From assembly GCF_052046145.1 (NCBI RefSeq), contig NZ_JBNGZR010000001.1, forward strand, positions 1,031,199 to 1,095,198: 64,000 bases of DNA, read 5' to 3'. Below the pieces are notes generated by a model. The model was not told the DNA's origin. It did no database searches and was given only the letters and a program-made list of their open reading frames with translations. Shown here one piece after another: positions 32,508 to 42,201 of the stretch. The position numbers and the translations under genes are program-made. Positions within the stretch are counted from its first letter, which is position 1. Each line of letters opens with the position of its first letter. This DNA comes from Candidatus Pelagibacter sp. Its GTDB lineage: Bacteria; Pseudomonadota; Alphaproteobacteria; Pelagibacterales; Pelagibacteraceae.

Positions 32508-33479
32508 TTATTTATTTATTTTTTTATAAAGATCATTTGCACTTATCCATCCAGCCTCTACTCTAGGACCTACAAACCAATCTGCACATACACCTAATTT
32601 TAATTTAGAATTCCAATAACTTTTGATTTTAAAGGGCCTAGAGTTTGAGGAATATTTCCAACCATGATTTATTGAAGTTGATATTTTTGTTTTTTTAATT
32701 CCGGTAAGTTTAAAAAATCGATCAATTAAAATCTTTGAATTTTTTTCTTTATTCTCTCTATTTTTATTTATTTTTTTATTTGCCCACAGATTTGTACTTT
32801 GCAAAGTCCATAAATCATTATTACTTTTAAATCTTTTTTTACTATTTTCTTTAGCCGCCCAACCTAAAATTTTATCGTTAAATAAATAACTTGATATGTT
32901 TATATTTGTTTTTTTAATTTCGATCATGACTGTAATATTTGCATCCATTTTGATTTTTTGCTTAATGAATGAATCCTTAATAAATTTTTTTGATAATTTT
33001 TTTAATTGTGGGAATGGACAAGTTAATATTAATTTATCATAATATTTTATTTGTTTGTTCTTAAAATCTAATTTCCATTTATTTTTAACATATTTAATCC
33101 TCTTTAACTCACTTTGAAAATTACAATTTATATTCTTTATTAAATGTTTGCTAATATCATTGTTGCCTTTGCAGCCAATAATTTTGACATGATTTTTATT
33201 TTCTTTTTTTAATTTTTTTAAAAAAATATGTTTGCCACTCCATTTTTTCAGAATTTTTTTTTTTCGTAATTTTTCAATAAATTTTTTAAATTGAATTGAT
33301 TTTGGAGAAATATATTGTGCTCCGTGATCAAATCCTTTTGACTTATTTAATCTTTTAAAAGAAGATCTGCCACCTGGACCTCGAGCTTTGTCATAAATGT
33401 GTACAGAATTTTTTTTACTTAATAAATTAGCTATTGTTGCTCCTGAAATTCCAGAACCAATGACACAATAACTACTCAT
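32508..33479 (-). CDS. Renalase-like NAD/FAD-dependent oxidoreductase
   Basis: IGSGISG, DKARGPGGRSS, FDHGAQY, HGWKYS, CADWFVGPRVEAGWIS. Confidence 0.85.
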   Translation of the reverse strand: MSSYCVIGSGISGATIANLLSKKNSVHIYDKARGPGGRSSFKRLNKSKGFDHGAQYISPKSIQFKKFIEKLRKKKILKKWSGKHIFLKKLKKENKNHVKIIGCKGNNDISKHLIKNINCNFQSELKRIKYVKNKWKLDFKNKQIKYYDKLILTCPFPQLKKLSKKFIKDSFIKQKIKMDANITVMIEIKKTNINISSYLFNDKILGWAAKENSKKRFKSNNDLWTLQSTNLWANKKINKNRENKEKNSKILIDRFFKLTGIKKTKISTSINHGWKYSSNSRPFKIKSYWNSKLKLGVCADWFVGPRVEAGWISANDLYKKINK

Positions 33480-34792
33480 TTCCCTGCAACAGTCATACCC
33501 TCTATCATCATAGTCGGTGAATTGACTGAATATTCAAATTCTAAATCATTAGCTAAAATTATATTTTTGAACATATCTTTAAAATTACCAGCAATTGTTA
33601 TTTCATTAACAGGATATTTAAATTCTCCATCTTCAACTAAAAAACCAGTGGCACCTACTGAATAATCTCCTGTTACAATGTTAGATCCGTGACCAATAGT
33701 TTCAGTAATATAAAGACTTCTTGAATTTTTTTTTAGAAGATCTTCGTAGCTTTTATTTCCTTTTTCAAAATATAAATTGGTAGTTCCACCACTTCTTCCA
33801 TTTGATTGTAAATTTAATTTTTTTCCATTGTAAGTGTCCACAAGATAATTTTTAAGTATTCCGTTCTCTATAAGTTGTAATGTATTTGAGTTTACACCCT
33901 CTGAATCAAAATTTTGAGAACCCATTCCTTTAATTATATCTGGTTTATCAATTACATTTATTGAATCAGCAAAAACTTGTTGATCAATTTTATTCTTTAA
34001 AAATGAAGTGCCTCTTGCAATTGCGGATGCAGATATTGCACTTGCAAAAACACTTAACATTCCCTTTGAAATTCTTTTATCAAAAATTATACTGATCTTC
34101 TCACTTCCAATTTTTTTAGGGCTCAATTTTCTAATAGTTTGCTTGGCAGCTTTATTTCCGAGATCTATTGCTTGCTTAATATCAGACAAATGACGTTTGC
34201 TAGAAAATTCATAGTCTCTTTCCATACTATTTTCATCTTTTGCAACTGTTACGCAAGAAGCCGAAAAAGAAGAAGTTTTATAACCGTCACAAAAACCGTC
34301 ACTATTTGCTAATATAAAATTTGATTTGTTTTCAGTGAAACTAGTTTCTGTATTTATGATTTGATTATTTGATGAGGCAGATTCCTCTAAATCTTTTAAA
34401 TATTTTATTTTTTTATCATTTTCAAATCTTGTTTCATCATACAAATTAAGACTACTAATTTGTTTGGCTAATAAATCTTTATCAGGCAAAGAATTAAATT
34501 CATCCTCTGGTGTCATTTTTGTAGTTTCAAAGCACTTTTCAATTAAAGTTTTTATATTTTCATCTAGTAAATTTGAAGATGAAATTGATGACCTTCTTTT
34601 GCCTAAATAAGTTTCTATTCTTAATGCCAATCCATCTGATCTATCTGAAGCTTCTAGGGATTTATTTCTAAAATTAACTGTTTCTGAAATTGAGTGACCA
34701 ACTGTAACACTTGCATTAGTTGCTCCCATTTTTTTTGCCAAATCTAAACAATATGAAGCTTTCGATTTTAGAAATTCTTGATCCTTAACCAT
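33476..34792 (-). CDS. pmbA: Metalloprotease partner PmbA/TldE
   Basis: FDSEG, VTGDYSVGATGF..GE..YPVNEITIAGN; adjacent to tldD. Confidence 0.92.
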   Translation of the reverse strand: MVKDQEFLKSKASYCLDLAKKMGATNASVTVGHSISETVNFRNKSLEASDRSDGLALRIETYLGKRRSSISSSNLLDENIKTLIEKCFETTKMTPEDEFNSLPDKDLLAKQISSLNLYDETRFENDKKIKYLKDLEESASSNNQIINTETSFTENKSNFILANSDGFCDGYKTSSFSASCVTVAKDENSMERDYEFSSKRHLSDIKQAIDLGNKAAKQTIRKLSPKKIGSEKISIIFDKRISKGMLSVFASAISASAIARGTSFLKNKIDQQVFADSINVIDKPDIIKGMGSQNFDSEGVNSNTLQLIENGILKNYLVDTYNGKKLNLQSNGRSGGTTNLYFEKGNKSYEDLLKKNSRSLYITETIGHGSNIVTGDYSVGATGFLVEDGEFKYPVNEITIAGNFKDMFKNIILANDLEFEYSVNSPTMMIEGMTVAGK

Positions 34793-34798
34793 AATACT

Positions 34799-36211
34799 TT
34801 AAAGTTTTGTTCCACCAACTGTCATTTTATCGATTAAAATTGAAGGTTGAGCGACTCCCACAGGAACACCTTGTCCTGCTTTTCCACAAGTTCCTATGCC
34901 TGGATCTAACATCATATCATTTCCTACCATCGATACTTCTTTAAGTATTGATGGTCCATCACCAATAAGTGTTGCACCTTTAATTGGAGATCCAATTTTC
35001 CCATTTTTTATCTCGTAAGCTTCAGTACAATTAAATACAAATTTTCCAGATGTAATATCTACCTGGCCACCTCCAAAACTTACTGCAAAAATTCCTTTAT
35101 CAACAGATTTGATCATTTCATCTTGAGTTTGATTTCCACTTAACATCATTGTATTTCTCATCCTTGGCAAAACAATATGTCTATAATTTTCTCTTCTCCC
35201 AGATCCAGTAGATCTTGTATTCATTAATCTCGCATTATGCCTGTCTTGCATAAAGTTTTTTAGAATACCATTTTCAATTAAAACTGTTCGCTCAGTTGGC
35301 GTTCCCTCATCGTCAATAGTTAGACTACCTCTTCTATTATCTATCGTACCATCATCAACAATTGTTACTCCCTCACTTGCAACTTTTTCTCCCATCAGGT
35401 CATGAAATGCTGAGGTTTTTTTTCTATTAAAATCTCCTTCTAGACCATGACCAATTGCTTCATGAATTAATATAGCGGGCCAACCAGGTCCCAAGACTAC
35501 TTTCATCTCACCAGCAGGTGCTGGTTTACTTTCTAAATTTACTGATGCAATTCTAAAAGCCTCTTCACAAACATTTTTCCAATTATCATTTTTTAAATAA
35601 TCATCATAAGATTGTCTGCCACCAATTCCATATACTCCCGTTTCTTTTCTTCCATTTTTTTCCAACATTACAGATACATTAAATCTAATTAATGGACGTA
35701 CATCAGTAAGCGCTTCTCCACCTGGTCGAATAATTTCAATTGATTTTTGCTCACCAGCAAAACTAGCAGTCACTTGTTTTACTGATTCATCTTTTTTTCT
35801 TAAAAAATCGTTTACTTTATTTAAAACTTCTAATTTCGAGTCTAAAGTTTTTTGTTCAATTGGATTAATGTCTTTATAAAATTTTTTATTAGATTTTGGA
35901 ATTTCATGATTATATGTGCCTTTAATTGATTTAAGAGTTGATTTAAGATTTTCTGAGGAATTTTTTAGTGAATCTTTTGATATTTCATTTGAATATGAAT
36001 AGGCAACAACCTCGTTTGAAATAGCTCTGAAGCCAAATCCTAAATCAGAACTATAATTTGAGCTTTTTATTTTATTGTCATCTAACAAAATTGACTCTGA
36101 TTTAGACTCCTCTAAATAAAGCTCACCATCATCACAATTATTTAGTGTTTCAGATACTATTTTATCAGCATCTTGTCTTGTTAAATCAGATTTGTTAAAG
36201 AAATTATTCAT
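34799..36211 (-). CDS. tldD: Metalloprotease TldD
   Basis: HEAIGHGLEGD, DDEG, PRMRNT, GTCGKAGQGVPV. Confidence 0.96.
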   Translation of the reverse strand: MNNFFNKSDLTRQDADKIVSETLNNCDDGELYLEESKSESILLDDNKIKSSNYSSDLGFGFRAISNEVVAYSYSNEISKDSLKNSSENLKSTLKSIKGTYNHEIPKSNKKFYKDINPIEQKTLDSKLEVLNKVNDFLRKKDESVKQVTASFAGEQKSIEIIRPGGEALTDVRPLIRFNVSVMLEKNGRKETGVYGIGGRQSYDDYLKNDNWKNVCEEAFRIASVNLESKPAPAGEMKVVLGPGWPAILIHEAIGHGLEGDFNRKKTSAFHDLMGEKVASEGVTIVDDGTIDNRRGSLTIDDEGTPTERTVLIENGILKNFMQDRHNARLMNTRSTGSGRRENYRHIVLPRMRNTMMLSGNQTQDEMIKSVDKGIFAVSFGGGQVDITSGKFVFNCTEAYEIKNGKIGSPIKGATLIGDGPSILKEVSMVGNDMMLDPGIGTCGKAGQGVPVGVAQPSILIDKMTVGGTKL

Positions 36212-36296
36212 TCATCTTAAATAGAGGTTTGTTGATAATTTTCAACTGATCATTTTACGCATGTACAATTTATTACTAAAAGTTAATTATTGTTAA

Positions 36297-36650
36297 ATGA
36301 AAGTATTTTTTAATAACTCTTGTAAAATATGTAGATCAGAAATTAACTTATATAAAAAAGAAAATATCAAAGATATTGACTGGATAGATATAACAAATAA
36401 CTCAGATGCTGAAAAAGAAACATCTAGAAATGATAAAGAATTATTAAGAAGATTACATGTTAAGGAGAATGGTAAAATTATTCAAGGTGCAGAGGCATTT
36501 CTTTATGTTTGGAAAAAAATTCCAAAATATAAATTTTTATATAAATTTTTCAAACTACCAATAATTTTCACAATCTTTAAATATGGATATGAGATAATTG
36601 CCTTTTTTTTATATTTAAAAAATAAAAAACAACTTAAAAAACTAAGTTAA
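36297..36650 (+). CDS. DCC1/DUF393 thiol-disulfide oxidoreductase family
   Basis: NNSCKICRSE (CxxC), RLHV, GAEAFLYVW. Confidence 0.82.
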   Translation: MKVFFNNSCKICRSEINLYKKENIKDIDWIDITNNSDAEKETSRNDKELLRRLHVKENGKIIQGAEAFLYVWKKIPKYKFLYKFFKLPIIFTIFKYGYEIIAFFLYLKNKKQLKKLS

Positions 36651-36935
36651 AAAAAATATTAAAAATTCACTAAGTAAAGACATAGATAATAAAAACATAA
36701 TTAATAATATCGAATACATTAGAGTTATAACTCTATTTCTTTTTCTCCTCAGTCTAACAAAAGTTTTATCATCTAGATCTGAAATATCTCTTTCACCAAC
36801 TACGGGATAGTCATAACTCCATCGCCATGTAGATTGGCCTAATCTAGAGTCGAGACTGTTAAAATATCTTATCCAAGCAAGAACATATTTTAATACTAGA
36901 TACAAAATAATCATTAGTATTGAAGAAAATAACAT
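36642..36935 (-). CDS. Hypothetical 2-TM membrane protein
   Basis: 97 aa with hydrophobic N and C ends and a WRWSYDYP loop; co-oriented 30 nt after the upstream gene. Confidence 0.7.
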   Translation of the reverse strand: MLFSSILMIILYLVLKYVLAWIRYFNSLDSRLGQSTWRWSYDYPVVGERDISDLDDKTFVRLRRKRNRVITLMYSILLIMFLLSMSLLSEFLIFFLT

Positions 36936-36965
36936 TTTGAATGATACTTAATTATGTATGATAAT

Positions 36966-38216
36966 TTAATTGATATTTTTGGCTCTTTTTCTTGCGATTA
37001 ACTGCGTAAGAGCATCAACCATAGTATCTGAGGCCTTAAATATTTCATTATTTTTAAACTCATGAGAAATATTTTTTTCTGGATTAGTTTTGTCTTCAAT
37101 AACTATTCCTTCATCTGGTGAATTATTTTTTATATAAATTAATAAAAGCCATTCATCATCTGAGGCTTCATCCCATTTAACAAATATTTCTCCTGTTTCA
37201 AATCTTCTGTCTATACATCTAAAGATAGACATATGTCTTGTTATGTGTCTTTTGTTTAATTGAAATACTAAACTGCTAGCACTTCTGTAAAAACTTTCGA
37301 GAGCAAATTCAATTTTCTGTCTAGCTAAAGTATATTCTTTTTCTTTTTGTAACAGTGTTTCTCTATCTTCATCTCCTTGAATTTTAACTCCTAAAGCCTC
37401 TACTCTTTCTCTAATTTTTTGATCTCTAATAATTCGATATTTTTCTTTTAATTTTTCTATTCTTTGTTGTAATCCAGCATAATCCTCTCTCTTTTCTCTT
37501 AAGGAAATTTTTTCCAATTTCTCTAATTCTTTAATCTCTCTAACTCTAAATTTTTCAATTTGCTTATCTAATTTTAATTGTTGTAAAAATTGCTTTTGTT
37601 TTTCTGCTTGTTCAATTCTTAAAAGAGCTTGTTCTTTTCTTAAGAATAATTTTATTTCTTTTGTTCTTTGTTTTTCTAATCTAATTTCATCTTTTAAAGC
37701 TTGTTCTTTTAATTTAACTTTTAATTCAGCCTCTTTTTGTTTTTTTTTTGCAGCTTCAATCTTTTCTAATCTTTCTCTTTCTTGTTTTTCTAATTTTAAC
37801 CTTCTTGCTTCGTCTTTTTTTAAAATTTTATACTGTGAAATTGTGTCTGCTATTTTATCAAAAAATGCTTGGATATATTTTTCAAAACCAAAATTTAATC
37901 TAAACTTAAATTCAGGCTTTAAAGAATTTTGTAAGTTAACTACTTTTAAAAGAAAATCTTGTTTCTTTTGTACAGTAAATTTAGATTTTTTTGAAATTTT
38001 TTTTGATTGTTTTGGTTTTTTTGACTTTTTTTGTTTTTCATTTTTTTGTTTTCTTCGATTATTAATTTTCTTTACAGATTTATTTTTAATCTTAAATTTA
38101 TTAGACTTTTTAGATATTTTTTTAACTCTTTTTTTGGTTTTTCTTTGATTTATAGAAATACTTTTTTTTAATTTTTTTTTCTTTTTTTTCATTTTAAGAG
38201 AGTTAGTTTCTACCAA
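36966..38216 (-). CDS. Hypothetical Lys-rich, coiled-coil protein
   Basis: 416-aa open frame; basic low-complexity N-terminus, E/K/Q/R helical middle, globular-looking C-terminus. Confidence 0.75.
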   Translation of the reverse strand: MVETNSLKMKKKKKKLKKSISINQRKTKKRVKKISKKSNKFKIKNKSVKKINNRRKQKNEKQKKSKKPKQSKKISKKSKFTVQKKQDFLLKVVNLQNSLKPEFKFRLNFGFEKYIQAFFDKIADTISQYKILKKDEARRLKLEKQERERLEKIEAAKKKQKEAELKVKLKEQALKDEIRLEKQRTKEIKLFLRKEQALLRIEQAEKQKQFLQQLKLDKQIEKFRVREIKELEKLEKISLREKREDYAGLQQRIEKLKEKYRIIRDQKIRERVEALGVKIQGDEDRETLLQKEKEYTLARQKIEFALESFYRSASSLVFQLNKRHITRHMSIFRCIDRRFETGEIFVKWDEASDDEWLLLIYIKNNSPDEGIVIEDKTNPEKNISHEFKNNEIFKASDTMVDALTQLIARKRAKNIN

Positions 38217-38220
38217 TTAT

Positions 38221-39411
38221 TTATTGATAAATATAGTCTCTTGTAACAGGTGTAGAAGAATAATTCTTTGTTAATTGAAATTGGTATACAACTTGATCAC
38301 CCCACTTAAATGCCATCTCACAACCAGCAAGATAAAATTCCCACATCCTAAAAAATCTTTCATCAAACATTTCAACTATTTTATCTTTATTTCGAATACA
38401 ATTTTCTTTCCAATGTCTTAGTGTATGTGAGTAATGAAGTCTTAAAACCTCAATATCTGCAACAATTAAGCCTGCTTTTTCAATTGGTGTTGTTACCTCA
38501 CTTAAACTTGGAGTATAACCTCCTGGAAAAATATACTTAGTGATCCATGGATGTGGATCTCTTGGTGGATTTACTGATCCTATAGTATGAATTAATGACA
38601 CTCCATCATCTTTTAAAAGTTTTTCAACTTGTGAAAAAAATTTTTTATAAAATTTTCTTCCTACATGTTCAAACATACCAACACTGACTATTCTATCAAA
38701 TTTTTCATTGAGCTCTCTATAATCCATTAATTTAAAGTGCAATTGATTTTCTAAATTAAGTTCTTTTGCTCTTTGCTTACAGTAATTAAATTGGTTTTCT
38801 GAAAGTGTAATACCTGTTACTTCGCAGTTTGCACTTTTTGCAATATCTACTGCTAAAGAACCCCATCCACATCCAATATCTAAAACTTTTTGATTTGGCT
38901 TTATGTTAAGTTTTTTAATTATGTGTTGAATTTTATTATTTTGAGCAGTTTCCAGTGTATCTGTTTCATTTTTAAAATATGCACATGAGTATTGTCTTTT
39001 AGGATCTAAAAATAAGTCATATAAATCGTCTGAAATATCATAATGATGAGACACATTCATTTTAGATTTTTTTATAAAATTAAAATTAGTTAAATATCTA
39101 TAAGAACCTCTTAATCTATTAATTAAATAACTAAAAAAATTTAAGTCTCCTCTACCAAAATTCATTAAAGAAAGATCCAAAAAATCAGTTAATGTTCCAT
39201 TCTCAATAGTTATTTCACCATCTGTATAAGCCTCACCAAAGTATAAATCGGGATGAAACAATAATTTATAATGAAGATTTTTATTTAAAATTTTAACTTT
39301 TATTGGGTTTTCACTTTTTGGATTTCCAATAATGTAACTTTTTGAATTAGCATCAACTAATATAAATCCATCTTTTTTAAAAACATTATTTAAAAATCTA
39401 GCTAGTTGCAT
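38221..39411 (-). CDS. cfa: Cyclopropane-fatty-acyl-phospholipid synthase family methyltransferase
   Basis: HYDISDDLY, YSCAYF, LDIGCGWG, SVGMFEHVG, YIFPGG, RMWEFYL. Confidence 0.9.
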   Translation of the reverse strand: MQLARFLNNVFKKDGFILVDANSKSYIIGNPKSENPIKVKILNKNLHYKLLFHPDLYFGEAYTDGEITIENGTLTDFLDLSLMNFGRGDLNFFSYLINRLRGSYRYLTNFNFIKKSKMNVSHHYDISDDLYDLFLDPKRQYSCAYFKNETDTLETAQNNKIQHIIKKLNIKPNQKVLDIGCGWGSLAVDIAKSANCEVTGITLSENQFNYCKQRAKELNLENQLHFKLMDYRELNEKFDRIVSVGMFEHVGRKFYKKFFSQVEKLLKDDGVSLIHTIGSVNPPRDPHPWITKYIFPGGYTPSLSEVTTPIEKAGLIVADIEVLRLHYSHTLRHWKENCIRNKDKIVEMFDERFFRMWEFYLAGCEMAFKWGDQVVYQFQLTKNYSSTPVTRDYIYQ

Positions 39412-40296
39412 CTAAGCCGCCTTGGTACTTTTAATTGAAAAATTTAATTTCTCTAAATTATTGATTAAATCCGATTCATCTTTAGCATTTAGAATGCTAA
39501 GTGGTGGTAAAAGGTTTTTATAGTAAATTTCTTTTTTACTAAAGTATGTATGTAAACCTGAGATTAAATTATATTTTTCAAATTCAGCTCTTACATCACA
39601 AAGGTTTTGGTTTACTGTCTGATCGTTTCCATTATTAAAATCATCGTATACTTTTCTTGCCAGTGCAGAAGTGGCATTGCATGTAGCTGTTATAATTCCT
39701 GAGCAGCCTAATTGAAGTCCTTTAAATAATTTAGATTCTGATCCAGGTAAAACTGAAAAATTATCAATTTTTAAGTTTTCAAAAAGATTGTAAGAACTAT
39801 CTTTTACTCCAATAATATTTTTTGGGTATTTTTTAACTAACTCTTCAATACACTCAATACTAAACTTATAACCACATAGTTTTTCAAAATTATATAGTAC
39901 TATTTTGCAATCAGAAATTACCTCCAATATTTTGCTATAAAATTCTATTACCTCTTTATCTCCATATTTATAGTAAGCAGGTGGCATAATTAAGAATCTA
40001 TTAAAACCTAAAGAATGAGAAACTCTCATCAAATTAATTGTTTCACCTAAAGAATTTAAACCAGTGCCGATGATATACTTTTCTTTGTATTTGCTTGAAG
40101 TCAAATGATTTAACAAATTAATTTTTTCAGAGATAGGTATAAGTTGGGCCTGTCCAGTACTTCCAAAAATAGCTGCTCCATGACAACCATTATCAATAAC
40201 CATTTCAGCGTGTTTAATAGTTTTTTCAACATTTAGTGTTAAATCATCATTTAACACTGATATTGAGGCTGCATATATTCCTTTTATTAAACTCAT
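39412..40296 (-). CDS. DapA/NanA-family class I aldolase
   Basis: GSTGQ, LYNFE, GVKDSS Schiff-base Lys; substrate uncertain. Confidence 0.8.
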   Translation of the reverse strand: MSLIKGIYAASISVLNDDLTLNVEKTIKHAEMVIDNGCHGAAIFGSTGQAQLIPISEKINLLNHLTSSKYKEKYIIGTGLNSLGETINLMRVSHSLGFNRFLIMPPAYYKYGDKEVIEFYSKILEVISDCKIVLYNFEKLCGYKFSIECIEELVKKYPKNIIGVKDSSYNLFENLKIDNFSVLPGSESKLFKGLQLGCSGIITATCNATSALARKVYDDFNNGNDQTVNQNLCDVRAEFEKYNLISGLHTYFSKKEIYYKNLLPPLSILNAKDESDLINNLEKLNFSIKSTKAA

Positions 40297-40330
40297 ATAT
40301 TTTTTAAAACATATAATAATTAAAAAAATA

Positions 40331-41266
40331 ATGAATAAAAGAGTAAACTTGATTATTGGTTCTGGTGTATTAGGTGCGTATTTATCAGCTGAACTTTTAA
40401 AAAAAAAAGAAAAAGTAATTGTAACTTCAAGATCAGTAAATAAAAAATTTATTAATTATAAATACCTCAAAATAGAACACAAAATTAAATTTGAAAAACT
40501 CAATACAAGTAACAAAAATCAAATTAAAAATATTATTCAAAAATATAATCCTAATAAAATTTTCTATTTTAGTGGACAAAGCTCCCTAACGAAAAGTATT
40601 AAAAGTAAAAAAGAAACTCTAATTTCACATTATAATGGTACTAAAAATTTCTTAGATATTTTAAAAAGTCTAAAATTAGATACTAAATTTTTTAAAGCCA
40701 ACTCAGGTTATATATTTTCACCACAAAACGGTCTTATTAATTTAAATTGTAAATTCTCTTCAAACAACAATCCATATATCAAAGCACAGCAAAAAGTATT
40801 TAATTTAATTAAAATATATAGAAAATTTGGATTAAATTTATCAAATTTGATATTTATGCAAATTGAGTCTCCATTAAGGAAAAATGATTTTTTTATCAAA
40901 AAGGTTTGTTTGGGAGCTAAAAATAAAAAAAAGATTGTGGTTGGAAATTTAAAAACATTTAGAGATTATTCTTGGATTACAGATGTAGTCAAAGCAATAG
41001 TTCTCACATCTAATTTAAAATCTAAAGATTATATTATTTCAGCAGGAAAAAAACTTTCTGGCATTGAAATAATTAAAACAGCTTATAATCTTAACAAATT
41101 AGATTATCGAAAATATTTTTCAATTAGTAAAAAATTTTTTAGAAAGAAAGAAAATAAATTCTTAATTGGATCAAATAAAAATTCTTTACACCTAAAAAAT
41201 AAACATAATTTTAAATTTAATATTTTTGGTAAAAAATTAATAAAAAAAATGTATCAAAGTTTATGA
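40331..41266 (+). CDS. GDP-mannose 4,6-dehydratase-like extended SDR with divergent active site
   Basis: GSGVLG, FSGQSS, IESPLR, GNLKTFRDYSW match the Gmd layout; catalytic motifs altered. Confidence 0.7.
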   Translation: MNKRVNLIIGSGVLGAYLSAELLKKKEKVIVTSRSVNKKFINYKYLKIEHKIKFEKLNTSNKNQIKNIIQKYNPNKIFYFSGQSSLTKSIKSKKETLISHYNGTKNFLDILKSLKLDTKFFKANSGYIFSPQNGLINLNCKFSSNNNPYIKAQQKVFNLIKIYRKFGLNLSNLIFMQIESPLRKNDFFIKKVCLGAKNKKKIVVGNLKTFRDYSWITDVVKAIVLTSNLKSKDYIISAGKKLSGIEIIKTAYNLNKLDYRKYFSISKKFFRKKENKFLIGSNKNSLHLKNKHNFKFNIFGKKLIKKMYQSL

Positions 41267-42201
41267 AAACAGGTATCTATTTAAGTTATACTGGCTTGGG
41301 TGCAAATTTACTTCATCTTTCCTATTGTCATCAAATTGCCAAAAAGCATGGACCAGTAACTATTGTAACTCTCTGTAAAAATTTAAAAGAAGCACTAGCT
41401 GATGATCCTCTTATTGAAGATGTATATTACCTAGATAAATATCACAAAAAACTTTTAGACATTTTTAATCTTAGTAAGATTCTTAAGAAATTTCATTTTC
41501 AAAATTTATTAATTTATTATCCAAGTTTAAGATTATATTTTGCAGCAAAAATCGCTGGTATTGAGAACATATGGTCATATAAATCTAAAAATAAAAAAAA
41601 TTTACACCTAGTTAAATCAGCAAAAGAATTAACAGAAAATTTTCTTAATATTGACAATTGTCTCACCGAAACCAACTTTTTTATAGATAAAGATAGAATC
41701 AAAAAAGTTAAAGAAGAATTAAATAATAATAGTTATAAAATAGTAATTGGTGCTGGTTCGTCTGGTCCAACCACAAGATGGGGGACAAGTAATTATGCTA
41801 ATTTAATAAATAAGTTAAATGAACTAGATGATTATTTTTTTTTTATCTTATGTGGTCCAAATGAAAAAGAAATTGAAAATCAAATTTTATCTAAATTAAA
41901 GAAAAAAAATTTTTTAACTTTAAGTAGCAAAAGAATATATGATTTAATTCCATACCTTGGTATTTCAGACATGTATGTTGGAAACGATTCATTTGGTTCA
42001 CATATAGTTTCACAGTGTGGAAAAAAAAGTGTTGTATTTCTCTTAGATGCTCCAAAAGCATATACAGACTATAGCGAGAACTATTATAGATTAGTTCCTG
42101 ATGGATATAAAATTGATGAAATAACCCATGGTACTAATGCGGATCCAAATTTAATTTTAGTAAATGATGTAGTTGAAATAATTAATAAAATAAAAAATTA
42201 A
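41263..42201 (+). CDS. Glycosyltransferase family 9 (heptosyltransferase-like)
   Basis: GAGSSGPTTRW, LCGPNE, YVGNDSFGSH. Confidence 0.78.
   Translation: MKTGIYLSYTGLGANLLHLSYCHQIAKKHGPVTIVTLCKNLKEALADDPLIEDVYYLDKYHKKLLDIFNLSKILKKFHFQNLLIYYPSLRLYFAAKIAGIENIWSYKSKNKKNLHLVKSAKELTENFLNIDNCLTETNFFIDKDRIKKVKEELNNNSYKIVIGAGSSGPTTRWGTSNYANLINKLNELDDYFFFILCGPNEKEIENQILSKLKKKNFLTLSSKRIYDLIPYLGISDMYVGNDSFGSHIVSQCGKKSVVFLLDAPKAYTDYSENYYRLVPDGYKIDEITHGTNADPNLILVNDVVEIINKIKN

Noticed and set aside
36232-36245. TTGAT-AATT-TTCAA, one mismatch from an FNR/FixK box, between tldD and the DCC gene
   Set aside because: Single AT-rich match, none seen at the cox operon and no cognate regulator in the window; likely chance
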